From Monocercomonoides exilis PA203 (taxonomy: Eukaryota > Protista > Preaxostyla), in contig LSRY02000027.1 in the NCBI GenBank assembly GCA_001643675.2, positions 930,001 through 994,000 on the forward strand: DNA of 64,000 nt, written 5' to 3'. Positions 21,651 to 33,893 of this stretch are shown here, one piece after another. Each line of letters opens with the position of its first letter. Positions within the stretch are counted from its first letter, which is position 1. The notes under the pieces were generated by a model that ran no database searches, had not been told where the DNA came from, and saw only the letters and a program-made list of their open reading frames with translations. Both the position numbers and the translations under genes were made by a program.

Positions 21651-22651
21651 AACAAGAAAAATATTTATCGTTTTTTCTTTCTTTCTTTCTTTGCAACACC
21701 TTGCCAAATAATACCAATAATTTTGAATGGTATAACAACTGGCAAATGGGTACTTCGCCGGTACATCAAAATTTACTTTATTTTATAATAAAAGTGTTTA
21801 TCATTGTTTTTAATATATTTGTTCAAAATAAAAAAGTGCGGAAATTATTCTGAGATGAAAAAAATATTTTCGAAAAAAATTTATCAAATATGTTCTTTTT
21901 GGACGAGAAATTATTCTTTTACAAAATTGTTCTAATACAGACCTTGTTTTTTTTGTTATTTTCATCTCCAAAAAGAAGATTGCAAGAAAAAAGAAAATTG
22001 AATCTTTTTTTTCAGCGTCATCATCTTGATTTCAAATGAATTTCTTCACCTCAAAATAACTTTTTTTTTTAATAACCCTAACCCGATAAAAATTTTTTCT
22101 AATAAGAAAGTTATTCGTTAAACCGAAACCCTAACCTAGAAGATTTTTAACAATATCCTTTAACCTATGATATCTATTTATCTAATATAACATTTTTGTT
22201 GAACTCAATAAAATATTTTACGGTTTCATAAAATAATTTTTTCGCATGCATTTTATTTTCCTATATCATCTCTCAGTGAAGTTAATAACAAATTCCAAGC
22301 CATTTCTTCTTCATTAAATGCAAGAATCATCACAAAATTTCCTTTCTTTTGAGATGAGATATGAGTGATTATTTTTGAAATCATAATTTATCGAAGAAAC
22401 ACTTCAGTTTTAATTTTTTGTTTTGAATTTATGAAAATGAGTATAGATAAGAAATGCTGCGACAAAAATCATATACGTTTTTCTTTCACATCAAAGTTTG
22501 TTTTTCTATTAATAAAAATAAATAAAACATATCGACAAAGTTTTTTTTCGAAAACAAAAAATTATCATAATAATGCACACACCGAAAAAAGTTATGATTT
22601 CAAAAATAATCACCCATATGTTTCAGTCAAGAAAAATTGAAAATATTAGCA

Positions 22652-23061
22652 TATAGTCACTTTCCTAATAGGCGGACACTTTCCTAATGGCAGGACAGTA
22701 GCCTTTTCTCAGCAGCTAATGAACGTAGAATTTTGATTTTTCCCCACATCAATCGTAAGGTGAATATGAGTATATGAAGTATTCTGAGAATCCTTCATTC
22801 TTGTTCATTCATTTTTTAAAAACAAATTTTATTTTTCGGAGAAATTCGGAAAAACTAATTACTCCGTGTTTCTCCGAAAAATAAAATTTGTTTTTAAAAA
22901 ATGAATGAACAAGAATGAAGGATTCTCAGAATACTTCATATACTCATATTCACCTTACGATTGATGTGGGGAAAAATCAAAATTCTACGTTCATTAGCTG
23001 CTGAGAAAAGGCTACTGTCCTGCCATTAGGAAAGTGTCCGCCTATTAGGAAAGTGACTATA
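22652..23061. mobile_element. Perfect foldback / MITE-like element; 193-bp inverted arms (including a terminal TA), 24-bp spacer
   Basis: 22652-22844 is the reverse complement of 22869-23061. Ends read TA|TAGTCACTTTCC...GGAAAGTGACTA|TA, consistent with a TA target duplication (Tc1/mariner/pogo type). Tandem subterminal repeat CACTTTCCTAAT x2. No coding capacity. Confidence 0.85.
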
Positions 23062-23530
23062 ATAATTCTATGTGGTATTCACTGAAATAGAAAAAAACTT
23101 CATACTATGTTCACATTTATTGCATCATAGTTATATATGATAATGATTTTGTGCGGAAACGTTTTCTTGTGAAGTCGAAATAATTAGTAAAATATAATAT
23201 TTCATATTATTAATGGGATAAGATCAAATAATTATAATTGGTGAAAAATACATAAAATCGAGATCCGATAGTGCAAAAGATAAAAAAACGTTTTTAATGA
23301 TTGAGATGTTTATTTGGGAGATGGAGATGGTGAAAATTGCTTCGGAATGCGTCCATTTGATGAAATCTAAATAATGAAATAATAGAAATGATTTATTTTT
23401 TTTTTAATTTTTTTAATAAACACATTTCCGCAAACTTTTATCATACAGCATGTGCTTTGAACAACATATATCATCAGAATAGTGTGTTATTTGTGAAATT
23501 TGAAAAATGCTATATTGAACAATTATGCCA

Positions 23531-23895
23531 AAATACCGATATCGCACAAAATACCGGACAAGATCGATATCACAATAACTGCAAGAGGATATTTTCAGTA
23601 AATTTTCCTCAAAATATATCCCATAAATGCAAACTCAATTGATGAACGAGACTTTCTGAATAGCCTCATTTGTGCTCAGAAAAAATTATTATTCAAATCT
23701 TGAGAAACTTAAAATTCTATTTTTCCGAATTTTTAATAATAATTTTTTTTGCGCAAATGAAGCTATTTTGAAAGTCTCGTTTATCAATTGAGTTTGTATT
23801 GATGAGATATATTTTGAGGAAAATTGTCAGAATAATTCCTCTTGCAGTTATTGTGAAATCTTTCTTGTCCGGTATTTTGTGCGATATCTGTATTT
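23531..23895. repeat. Degenerate inverted repeat (older foldback), arms ~175 bp, centre ~23713
   Basis: Mirror ORFs 23388-23642(+) and 23784-24059(-) share NTDIAQNTGQ.R.HNNCKR..S.NFPQNISH..KLN. The nucleotide arms pair with scattered mismatches. Confidence 0.85.
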
Positions 23896-24413
23896 CTCAA
23901 AAAATGTGATTTTTTTTTTATCAAAAATATTTTCAAAAAATTTTTTAAAATGTTTCCGCACAAAATAAATAGCTTTGAATAGCAAATATGATAATAACAT
24001 GATGAAATAAATTGATTATATCGATTTTTGAATGTTCTGGTATAATACCCATATACCACATGGAATCTGTCAAAGTTATCATACTGTTATATTACGCGAA
24101 AAATATGCAATGAAACAATGAAAATTTAAAAGAAAGTTTATAATTTGAATTTTTATGAAAACATATTCTAATTCATTTCTGATTTAATGATTTCAACAAA
24201 TTTTGTAACAAAAATGCATTTGATGGTGTAAATGTAATGACTTTAAAAAAAAAAAACCGTGTATGAGTAAATAAAATTGATTTGTTTTGCTGTTTCATCA
24301 TTCTAGAAAAGATATCTTTCCTTTTTTCCAAATAATCAAAACAAAACAAATTCAGAATCTATTACTCAGAGGAAAAATAAAACCTAAAAAGCAAGTCGAA
24401 AAAGAGTACGTGC

Positions 24414-26894
24414 ATGTCACAAAAATAACATGGTGAAACCATTCAAAAATATTAAAATTAAAAAATTTATGTTCATACTTCAGAATTTACAAATTGATAT
24501 GTTCAAAGCAAAAGCTCTCCAACAAAGAAAGTACATATTATGAATGTTTCAAAGTCTTAGTTGCAGCATGCGAATTCTCAAATTCAGGTTCTAATTTGTT
24601 TTATAAAATCCAACCCACGCAGCATACCAAAGAATTGATCCAACTGCAGCAGAAAAAGCCATTGATTCCAAAAATGATACAATAGGATTTCTCAACTTTT
24701 TAACACTATCCTTTTTGTCCGCTTGAGTATCTTTTGGCATTATCTTAAAGACGAAGATCAGTAATTCAAATCAAGGTTTTGATCATGTCAGCAGTTTATT
24801 ATTTGTTTTTTAATGCAAAGTGACAAGCTAATAAACTTACTTGATAATCCTCAACAATTTCGAGATACTACTTATTCACCTGAAAAAATTGCGTATCATT
24901 TGGAACGGAAACAGCCAACAAGGCGAAGAATAGAACAATCCCCAGTTATCTCTCAGAAAAAAACTCTAGATTATTCTCGAATAAGAGAAAATGCAAAACC
25001 AGAAGGAGGAAGAGCTTATCTTCCTTCTCTCTTTAATACTAATCCTCAACTAGTGTGGATTTGATTGATTTTTAAGAAATTATTCTGTTGTCATAGGTTC
25101 GAAGACTTAGACAAATCGAAGACCCCGATGAATATCATGTTATAAATCCACGCGAACGATCAATGACGGGTGTTGTTGTTCCTAGAGTTGATTCTGGGGA
25201 TCAAAAGAATGTTGTATGATACATATTTTTATAATTTTATGTGAAATAATACTGGTATAAGGTTTTGAGGTACAAAAAGGAACGTTTTGAATTTGGAAAG
25301 GTGCGACCAGCCTCGGTGGAAATTGGTAATAATGTTTCTTTTATTTCAAAACTAAAAAAATTATTTTTTGTAAATTTTTTTTTTAGATTACACCGAATTG
25401 CCAGAAGATAAACCGACACTAAGACCCCAAGAACGGCGCGCTCTATTTACAGCTGAAATGGAGAGGCTTCGCGCACAAGCACTTTTGCGCCACGAGCGTG
25501 GTCAATTAGAAAAGAGAGCAATTCTTCGGAGAAGAGGAATGGAGTCGTCTGTGTTGAGTTTGTGAATCTTCTTTTTTCCCTGCTTTGGAGCGTTTTTATT
25601 TGTATTTAATTTGAATGAATTATTTTGTTGTAAATGCTTATTATTTTTTGAATTTATTAGGTGGCCAATTAGCTCCTCTTGACGAGACCGCAGACATTTC
25701 ACCTGCACAGCGCGCGTTTATTGAACAAGTACAACACGCTGAGGAAGTTAAACAGGCCGAAAGAAGGGAAAGTTTGTAATTGAATTTTTTCCACACGCAA
25801 ATATAAAATGATTTTTCATTTTCTAAAAATTATTATTTTTATCTTGTTAAACATTTCTAATAATTGCATTTAAATATAAAATTCAATTCATTAATAAAAA
25901 TGAACATTTCGTCACCCCCCCCCCCCATTTTCCCTTAAAATAAGAACTCACATTCTTCACACGTACAACCTCACCACTTGTCGGAGCACATGCTGTTCCA
26001 GAGACAGTCCGTGAGAAGTTCTCCTCGACACTCAGACGAGCCACGCTGGAAGACGGAGAGCCGACAGAATCTCCACACGGTAGAGGAAGAGGGAAACCCC
26101 CCGCAGACGAGATGTCGAAGATCATCGCGTCTGACTGGCGCCGCCCGTCGCGCCGGCTGTTTGTGCCGCTGGAGAGGGAAGAGGACATCATTTCACACAC
26201 GGAGAAGCCCAGCATCATCTGGACGGAGGCTGAGGCACAGGCGCAGGCGGAAGAGGAGGCCTGCAAGCGGAGCCTGGTGACTCCAGTGCCACCGGATGAT
26301 CAACAGCAGCAACAGCCAGAAGCTTCACCAGCAGCTGTGCGGAGTGTGTCTTCGGCAGCGACGAGGGGGCCAGGCACGACGTTTGGCACGACAGCACGTT
26401 TTGCCTCGACACAGCCGCTGACGAAGACGCGCTCGATGAAAGCCACTCCATTTGCAGAGGGGGTGCAGCTGAAGCAGTACCGCTCGTACAACCCGTTTGT
26501 GGCGTATCCGACGTCTGGAGAGGCGCCAGTGGCGGAGAAAGAGAGAGAGCTTGGAGGTGCAGAGGATGCGGTGTGTTCAGCAGCAACAATGACGATACTG
26601 CCAACACGGCAGAGGGAGTTTGAAGAGCCGCACAGAACGCGGAGAAGGCATTTCTGGGACAAGACTGTGACATCTACGCGTTCCTATGCACCAGAAGGCA
26701 GCGCGGAAGACACAGCTTGGTCTTCTACTGCTTCTGCTTCACCGGATCTGAGGCAGGCTCCAAGACTTCGATCTTTGCCGAATATGCTGCTGCCGGAAGA
26801 AGAGCAAGCTGCAATCGAGAGAGAACACCGCAGGTGGAGGAAACCAAGCCCGTTTTCATGGACTCGCAAACCTGGCGAGTTGCCATGTACTTAA
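24414..26894 (+). CDS. Multi-exon hypothetical protein; last exon ~25943-26894
   Basis: Coding-like segments alternate with AT-rich GT...AG segments (e.g. ~24432-24483, ~25052-25097, ~25325-25386, ~25550-25660, ~25771-25942). GC-rich terminal ORF 26112-26894. Exact exon borders and start are uncertain. Confidence 0.55.
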
Positions 26895-27129
26895 AGTGTA
26901 TAACTAGATTATCTTATTCCTTTCTTTTCATCTCTAATACACATCATATTTTAAAATTTTGATGATTTTTATTTTTTGTTTCATTACTTTTTTGTATTCA
27001 TGTGTTTTTTTATCAACACATTGCTTTTACTAATCTTTAAATATCGTACAAAAAAGAAGTTTCTTTTGATCAAATAATGTAATATTTTTCTTTCGTCCAA
27101 TTGTAAACTAAAGAAGCATAATCCTGACC

Positions 27130-28665
27130 ATGGCAGAAGAAAATGTTTCAATAACGTTGAATATTAAACTAATATCGGCAGCGTCAGATGACATGGAAGA
27201 GATAGACATTCCCTTTGATGTGAGGACCTCAGTTTATGGAATAAAGAGCAAAATTGCAGAGATTTATGGATTTGACATTAATAATCTACGCATACTCGAT
27301 CCACAAATAGAACAAACGAAGAATGAAGAGAAAACAGTATCTTTTTCTTCATTACCAAATGCTTCTACCACACTGACAATTGCACATATTCAATCAGACG
27401 AAGTTGGGAACAATTTGAGTTCTTCGACTCCAATATCAAATGAAAAAACTGATAAAAAGCTTGAAGATCCAACTACATCAGTATTAAGTACTCCACCACT
27501 CAAAAACGAACAACCTTCATATTCTCAGGAAAAGAGCAACAAACTACCCCTGTTTGATCTGGATAAAATCAAACAGCCAGACGAAGAAATGCAAATGCAA
27601 CCCCCAGAAGAAGATATATTTCCATTTCCTCCGGTTGTTCTCGCTGAAACAGTGAAGAACAATGCTGTGGCTCAAATTCAAATGCTGATGGATTATTGTC
27701 AACGTTTATCCGAGAGACAAGCCGAAAATCCGCTAATGGATACAACTATGTCATCACTTTTCCCTATGCTTCCACCGAATATGGAAACAGGAGATTTTTA
27801 TGATAACATGCAACGGGCATTCATGTCTAGGAGAATTTTTGCATTTGTAATTCAACAAGAAGGTGATTGTGAAGAAGGATTTTTGAGAAAGGTTTTATGC
27901 TCGCAAGGAATAGTAGATTACCTAAATGGATCTGTTTTGCTATGGGGTGTGACAATCCCGAGAGAAGAGGCCATTCAACAAGTCAATCGGAATGTTGTTC
28001 CATCATTCACGCTTTGTGCGCAGGTGGAGAAAGAAGTTCTGGTTCTTGACGTGCTTCATCCGCTCAACCAGTTCAGAGTCGACGATTTCTTCGAGCGTGT
28101 CTGTGCAGCTGTGGAGTCCTATGCAGCAATGCGGGACGCACAGAAAGCAGCAGGCGAGCCGGATGGCATGCAGGTCCTTCCTCTCAAATTCTTCATGCAG
28201 CGCGAGCGAGCACGACTCGCAGAACGGAAGAAGCAGCTGGAAGAACAGCGTTCGCGGTGCGGCGAGATTGGGTGGACGCCTCCAAACATGTGGGGCGATG
28301 GGATGGAGTGGATGTCTCCGGACATGTGGGAGGAAATTCATGGTGGTGCGGGAGAAGGAGGAATGAGGTTTCCAAGATTCAGGCGAGATCGCATTTCGAA
28401 GGAAGAGAAAGAAGGAGAAAACTCAGAGTCCGACGAAGGAGACAGCGACGATTACGAAATGGTGGAGGTGACAGACACAAGCGATTCAGCAGATGCAGAC
28501 ATGATTAAAGTGAAATACGACAAATCACAATCGGAAGAGAATGAAAAGATCGAAAAGAAAGAGGAAGTCAAAATCAATGATTTTCCAGAAGAAAATGATC
28601 CTTCAAAGAAAGATGCAATTATGATTTCTGATTCTCCAGAAAATAATGATATCATGCCACTTCAA

Positions 28666-28696
<31 letters not shown>

Positions 28697-29484
28697 CTTC
28701 TTCAAATCATTCTGAAATGAATGAAAAAAATAAAATGAAGAAAACCAAATGGATTAAAAAGAAGAAAAGCAGAGTTGGAAGACGCCAAGCCAATTTACAA
28801 GATTCGATGGAATTGTCAGACGATCAAAGCGCCAATGAAATGTTTCCGCAGCTTCCAGACTCATCTGAGCTCGGGGAAAAGAGGCGAAAGCGGATGAGGC
28901 GGAATTACGAGATGATGGAGAAGATGCGCAGAAGGAGAAGGGAAGGCGCCGATGTGATGTCTCCTGAAGCCAAGAAGCGGCTTGAGGAAGAGCGCGAGAT
29001 TATCTCTAACACGCGGGCGGAGTATGAGGAATCGATGCTCCTTGACCAGGCGAAAGAGCAGTCGCGGATAGAGGAAGAGGAGCGGATAATGGCCATGCTG
29101 CAGCAGATGGAAGCTGACGAGGCCATTGCGAAACAGGAAAGAGAACAAAGAGAACAGCAGGCGAATGAGGAGAACATGAAGCTTGCTGTTGAAGAGCCAC
29201 CGGCTGAAACAGCAAGTGCGGATGTTTGCACACTCCAGCTGCGCTTGCCAGAGCCGTTTCAGACTTTCACACGACGCTTTCTTGCTTCCCACACAATTGC
29301 CAATGTGATTGGGACAATCAAAACAATACACCCAGAGCTTCTGATGAAACATATTGTGGCTATTTCATTCCCATCGACGGTGCATTCACCACAGGAATCG
29401 CTGAGGGAAGCGGGGCTTGTTCCCAGGGCGTCGCTGATGATTAGAGTGTTGGAAGGAGAAAACGACGAAAATGAAGATTTATAA
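27130..29484 (+). CDS. UBX-domain protein (FAF1/UBXD8-like p97 cofactor): N-terminal ubiquitin-like domain, UAS domain, coiled coil, C-terminal UBX
   Basis: UAS-like CEEGFLRKVLCSQGIVDYLNGSVLLWG; AEYEESMLLDQAKE coil; UBX LQLRLPEPFQTFTRRF...SFPS...SLREAGLVPRASLMI. Confidence 0.85.
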
Positions 29485-30601
29485 GAGAAAAAAGTTTGAA
29501 GAGAACGGAATGTTCTGCTTTTCCATTCCGTTTATTTGTCAAACTTTACAAATTACAACAGTTATTGGCTGATCAAGAAATTGATGCTATATCTTTTTTC
29601 CTATCCAATTTTCTGTTCAATAAATGGGGGGGGGAATAAATAAATAAACTTTCACATCACTTTCATTTCTTTTCATCATTATTTTTTATCAACTTTTTAA
29701 TCAGACACGCATTTCGCAGATTTCAAAGTTCACATTTCGCAATGATGAATTCATTTTTCACGAATTCTTTTTTTGTTTCGTTGTTGTGCTGTTACACGAA
29801 ACTGTTGGCTTTCAACATTTGGCATTTTACTTTCTTTTCAAATACAATAACAAAAAGAAACACATGTTAACTTATGTAATTCTCTTCCAAAAGGATGGAA
29901 AATAAAATAAAATAAAAAGTAATTCAAAAATCAAATAAAAAAGAGATGATCAAATGCAAATAAAATCACTTCAAATTTGTACAAAATCAAAAATAACTCA
30001 ATTTTTTTTTCTTCGCTCCAAGGGGCAAACAAGGATTTCAAACAGACGTTGATAACAAGAAGAGTACATAAAAAAAAGCAACAAAAGAAAAAGCACAAGC
30101 ACATAATTGCACCATTTTCTCTTTCGATGTCATTGCAACACCGAAATTCGAAAAAAAAAATACTTCTCTTTGTTCAGCAAATAACAGATTCCATCTGTCA
30201 AAGAAATACAACTGAAAAGATACGAATTAAAAACAGTTCTTTAAATAAAAAAACCGTTTTTTTTTTAAATACACTCAAAAAAGAACAAAAATAGGTTCTA
30301 TTGCAACATATAGATGGAACACACACAGAAAGATGGAAAAATAAAAAGAAAGATAATCAAATAAAAATACTTAATTATTATTTATCAGGAAAAATGTGAT
30401 ATAAAAAGAAGCAAAAGGCGCACAAGGATAACAATTAAAGAGATTATCACAAAATCTGAACTCTTAAAAACTTTTCCTGATAAATGCTTTTTAAATAGAA
30501 ACATATGCAGATTATATTTAAAGATTTAAAAAAAAAGAAAAGAAAAAAGAAAAATTCATAGGAAAGGACACATTGGTGAAACAAAAAATAGAAAAGTTTA
30601 A

Positions 30602-30769
30602 AAGAAAGAAGAAAGAAGAAAGAAGAAAGAAGAAAGAAGAAAGAAGAAAGAAGAAAGAAGAAAGAAGAAAGAAGAAAGAAGAAAGAAGAAAGAAGAAAGA
30701 AGAAAGAAGAAAGAAGAAAGAAGAAAGAAGAAAGAAGAAAGAAGAAAGAAGAAAGAAGAAAGAAGAAAG
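30602..30769. repeat. Perfect heptamer tandem repeat (AAGAAAG)x24
   Basis: 168 bp read directly; intergenic between convergent genes. Confidence 0.95.
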
Positions 30770-31143
30770 ATAAGAATGAAGAACACAAACAATATGCGTC
30801 AGTCTGTGAAATCAAAGAAAAAAACATAGAGAACGAATGAGTGTTAACAAAAACGAGATAAAAGACGGATGAATCTTTAATAATTTCTTTATTTCGAATC
30901 ATTTCGTTCAAAATTCAAACGACTGCAAAGAAAAGCTTGAAGGCTTGAAAGCAATGCTTTGGGACAAATTAAATGAAACTACCTCAAAAGAAAATTAACA
31001 TAAAAGAAAAAGAAAAATATAATCAAATCTCGAAAAGAAAAAAAAAATACGAAAAATGGATTGAAAATCAATTCAACATTAACTTCATCATTCTCCTGAC
31101 TTTCTAATTCTTTTCCATAAATACACATCTCAATAGAATTTCC

Positions 31144-32112
31144 TCATAAACGCCAAAGAGATGCATAATATGAAAGAAACACCAGGTATTTGTCAAACGG
31201 ATCTTCTGGGTCAAATCTTTCAGCTGCTCCTCCACAAGGACTAATATTAGTCTTAAAAAACCGTTTCCCAACCCACTGGAACGTCAACTCGTAGTCCAAT
31301 GTCTCCAAAACAATACGCTCTGAATGATTCAAAGCATTCAAGGGAATGCTGAAAATATTGCTCCAAAAAGAATTCTTAAAGTGATAATCGCAACTCACTT
31401 TATTGACTATCATTAAGCATACAACTACGATCATTGTTGCATTTTCCATCTTAATTTCCAATCCATGAACAGGCGCCTCTTCAAAAAATCTGTCCAATAT
31501 GCACAAAAAATATATTATATCAGTCTCAAATATGGCTACTTGCTTTGAAAGCAAACAAAACAGATATTCCAGTGTTATCATTAATTGTTGAACTTGTTTG
31601 AAATCTGCTGCATTCGCAGGAACATAAAATGGATGACACAATTGTGGTGAATGAGAATCTAACGATTGCCTTCCAAGAAGTGGAATGTGACAAACATGTT
31701 GCGGAATTGGTGCTTTCCATAAAGAATCACAATGACATTCAACATTTGATGGACAAGATGCGCGCTGAAAAGAAAAGGAAATATATTCTGAAATTAGCCT
31801 TATTAGTTTTGGATGAACTTGTAATTCGTGAAATATTGGAGACAAAGTTGAAAGTGAATGAAGAATTGGATTTGCTCTTGCAGGAACATATGAATATGGA
31901 CTGGGTTGGACAACCGAAGTTGAATCAGCCAGTTGATGGTATTTTTGAATGGAGCAGGCTGAAATAACATTTGCATTTTCGCGGAGAATTTGGGAAAAAT
32001 TTTCACTGTTTTCTTGTTGTTTTGAATCAGTTTCCTTCAAAAGCCTTGGTGCATCCTTTTCACTTGCAGGGATGATTGCAGAATGAATGGATTTTGTTGC
32101 AACAGCAGCCAT
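31144..32112 (-). CDS. PHO80/cyclin-P-like cyclin
   Basis: IIYFLCILDRF...VVCLMIVNKVSCDYHFKNSFWSNIFSIPLNALNHSERIVLETLDYEL matches the PHO80-like cyclin box pattern; first ATG at 32112. Confidence 0.75.
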   Translation of the reverse strand: MAAVATKSIHSAIIPASEKDAPRLLKETDSKQQENSENFSQILRENANVISACSIQKYHQLADSTSVVQPSPYSYVPARANPILHSLSTLSPIFHELQVHPKLIRLISEYISFSFQRASCPSNVECHCDSLWKAPIPQHVCHIPLLGRQSLDSHSPQLCHPFYVPANAADFKQVQQLMITLEYLFCLLSKQVAIFETDIIYFLCILDRFFEEAPVHGLEIKMENATMIVVVCLMIVNKVSCDYHFKNSFWSNIFSIPLNALNHSERIVLETLDYELTFQWVGKRFFKTNISPCGGAAERFDPEDPFDKYLVFLSYYASLWRL

Positions 32113-32678
32113 TTTTTCGAGAAAACTTCTTGTATGCAAAATACAAACAAGAAAAATTTTCTTAAGCTTTAATAATGAGAATGATCCAAAAATTGTTTTT
32201 TAAAATATTTTTTGATTTGCAACTCAAAAACCAATTAACATTCAAGACATTTTATTACTAATGAATAAATCTGAAAAAAATTTAACAATTAACTTTTTCT
32301 GTTTCAATAATGCTGAATGAAAAATTCTACATAATCATCATATCCTGAACCTTTCTTTTCACAATGAAATGATTTAGTAAAGCGAATCAACATTTCAAAA
32401 GTTAATCCGTTCTATTATGTAATCCATTCCAAATTGCGAATTACTTTGTGGAAATGTATTTTTTGAGAATTGAGTAAATGCTCAAAGATAAACCTAAAAC
32501 TAAAAAGAAAAAAGCATCTCAAACGTTATCCAAAAATAGAATTGGTTCAGAGTCAATTACATACATATGCGAAACAATTTCAAACAAAAATTAACATTTT
32601 ATAATAACAGCTTACCAGCACGAATATTTTGCAAGTTAGTTATAATAAAGACGATACATGCAGAAAAATCAATAGGTT

Positions 32679-33760
32679 TTATCCAATGAAAGGAATGATT
32701 AATGACTTATTTTTCGGATAATCAGGATGTTCACTCACATATCTTGCTCTTTTTTCAACGGCCCACATATACATGGGTATCATTCCAGTTATATTGAAAG
32801 CCAAGCCAGCCAATGTCTGCGTTGCCTGAAAAAAATAAAAGAATGAGAAATAAAATATGAAATAACAACAAGAATAAAGAAAATATGAAGAACGGGGAAA
32901 TAACTGCATCATGAAACATACAATATTAAAACCAATCCAGGTTAAAATCTCGAACATGTAATTTGGACAAACGACAAGTCTAAAAGGCCAAGAGCTGGGA
33001 ATTGGGTGAGCTTGCTTTGACGAGGGATCTTTACGCAAATTCGAAAGATACATATGGCAATATCCATTCATCATCATTCCAAAGAAGAAAATAGCAAAGC
33101 CAACGACAATGAAGATGTTTGAAGGTTGCTTGTATTTTGGACTTAAAATGCTTAGGCCAACCAACAATGCATATCCATAGTAATAAGGAACACTCAAGAA
33201 AATTTCAGAAAGTTGTTTTGTTTTTCTTGAGAATTTATGGACAAATATGCTCTCATACACACGCTTTAGGAAATTGAAAATCCAGAAAGCTGCAACCATT
33301 TTCTACATTAGAAAACATTTATAAAAAGAATTATTTCTATGAATCATTATCAAACTTGAAAGGATGACAACGAAGGGCAAGACGGATGTTTCAGAATATT
33401 CGTATATATCGTGTTTCTGAATGCAATTAACAAACTCCAAACAATTATTGGTCCAATGTATTCTAAAATAAAACTAAATCTATAATTTATCTGCGCTCCT
33501 TTGTCAATAAGTTGGAGTTGCGTCTTTGAATGAATTTTGAATTTTTCTATTTTTTCTGAGTTTTGGGGTATGTTGCAATATTTTTGTGTCGAAGACTCAA
33601 TAGTCTGAAGAGTGATTCTATCAATAGATTTTCGGATTTTTTGAGAAACAGCCAAATATAAATCATTACAAGTTGAGGAAGGTTGTAGTTTAACTTCATA
33701 TTGCTTTGTCTTAAAATTTACCGTGATAAAAAATCCCGAGACATTCTTATTCATATCCAT
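32679..33760 (-). CDS. TECR: Very-long-chain trans-2,3-enoyl-CoA reductase (steroid 5-alpha-reductase family), 3 exons
   Basis: N-terminal ubiquitin-like region, then DKGAQINYRFSFILEYIGP, KRVYESIFVHKFS, VCPNYMFEILTWIGF and a C-terminal DYPKNKSLIIPF, all typical of TECR/TSC13. Introns at ~33303-33355 and 32826-32921. Confidence 0.92.
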
Positions 33761-33893
33761 TTCAATTTGAATGATCGAATATCTCATTAATTATTTTAAA
33801 CAGAAATCAATGGAGAATATATTTATGATGGTTACGTTTTAAAATAAATCTTGTAATTTTTTGAAAATGACAAATTTACCGCGAAAAACAATA

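Noticed and set aside
22657-22697. Direct repeats as a CRISPR-like array
   Set aside because: Only two adjacent units, no spacers, eukaryotic context; part of the foldback termini
23388-24059. Two similar short ORFs on opposite strands as duplicated genes
   Set aside because: Explained by the degenerate inverted repeat; similarity ends at the arm boundary
30447-30911. ORFs with LLSSFFF / RRKKKEE repeats
   Set aside because: Translations of the AAGAAAG microsatellite
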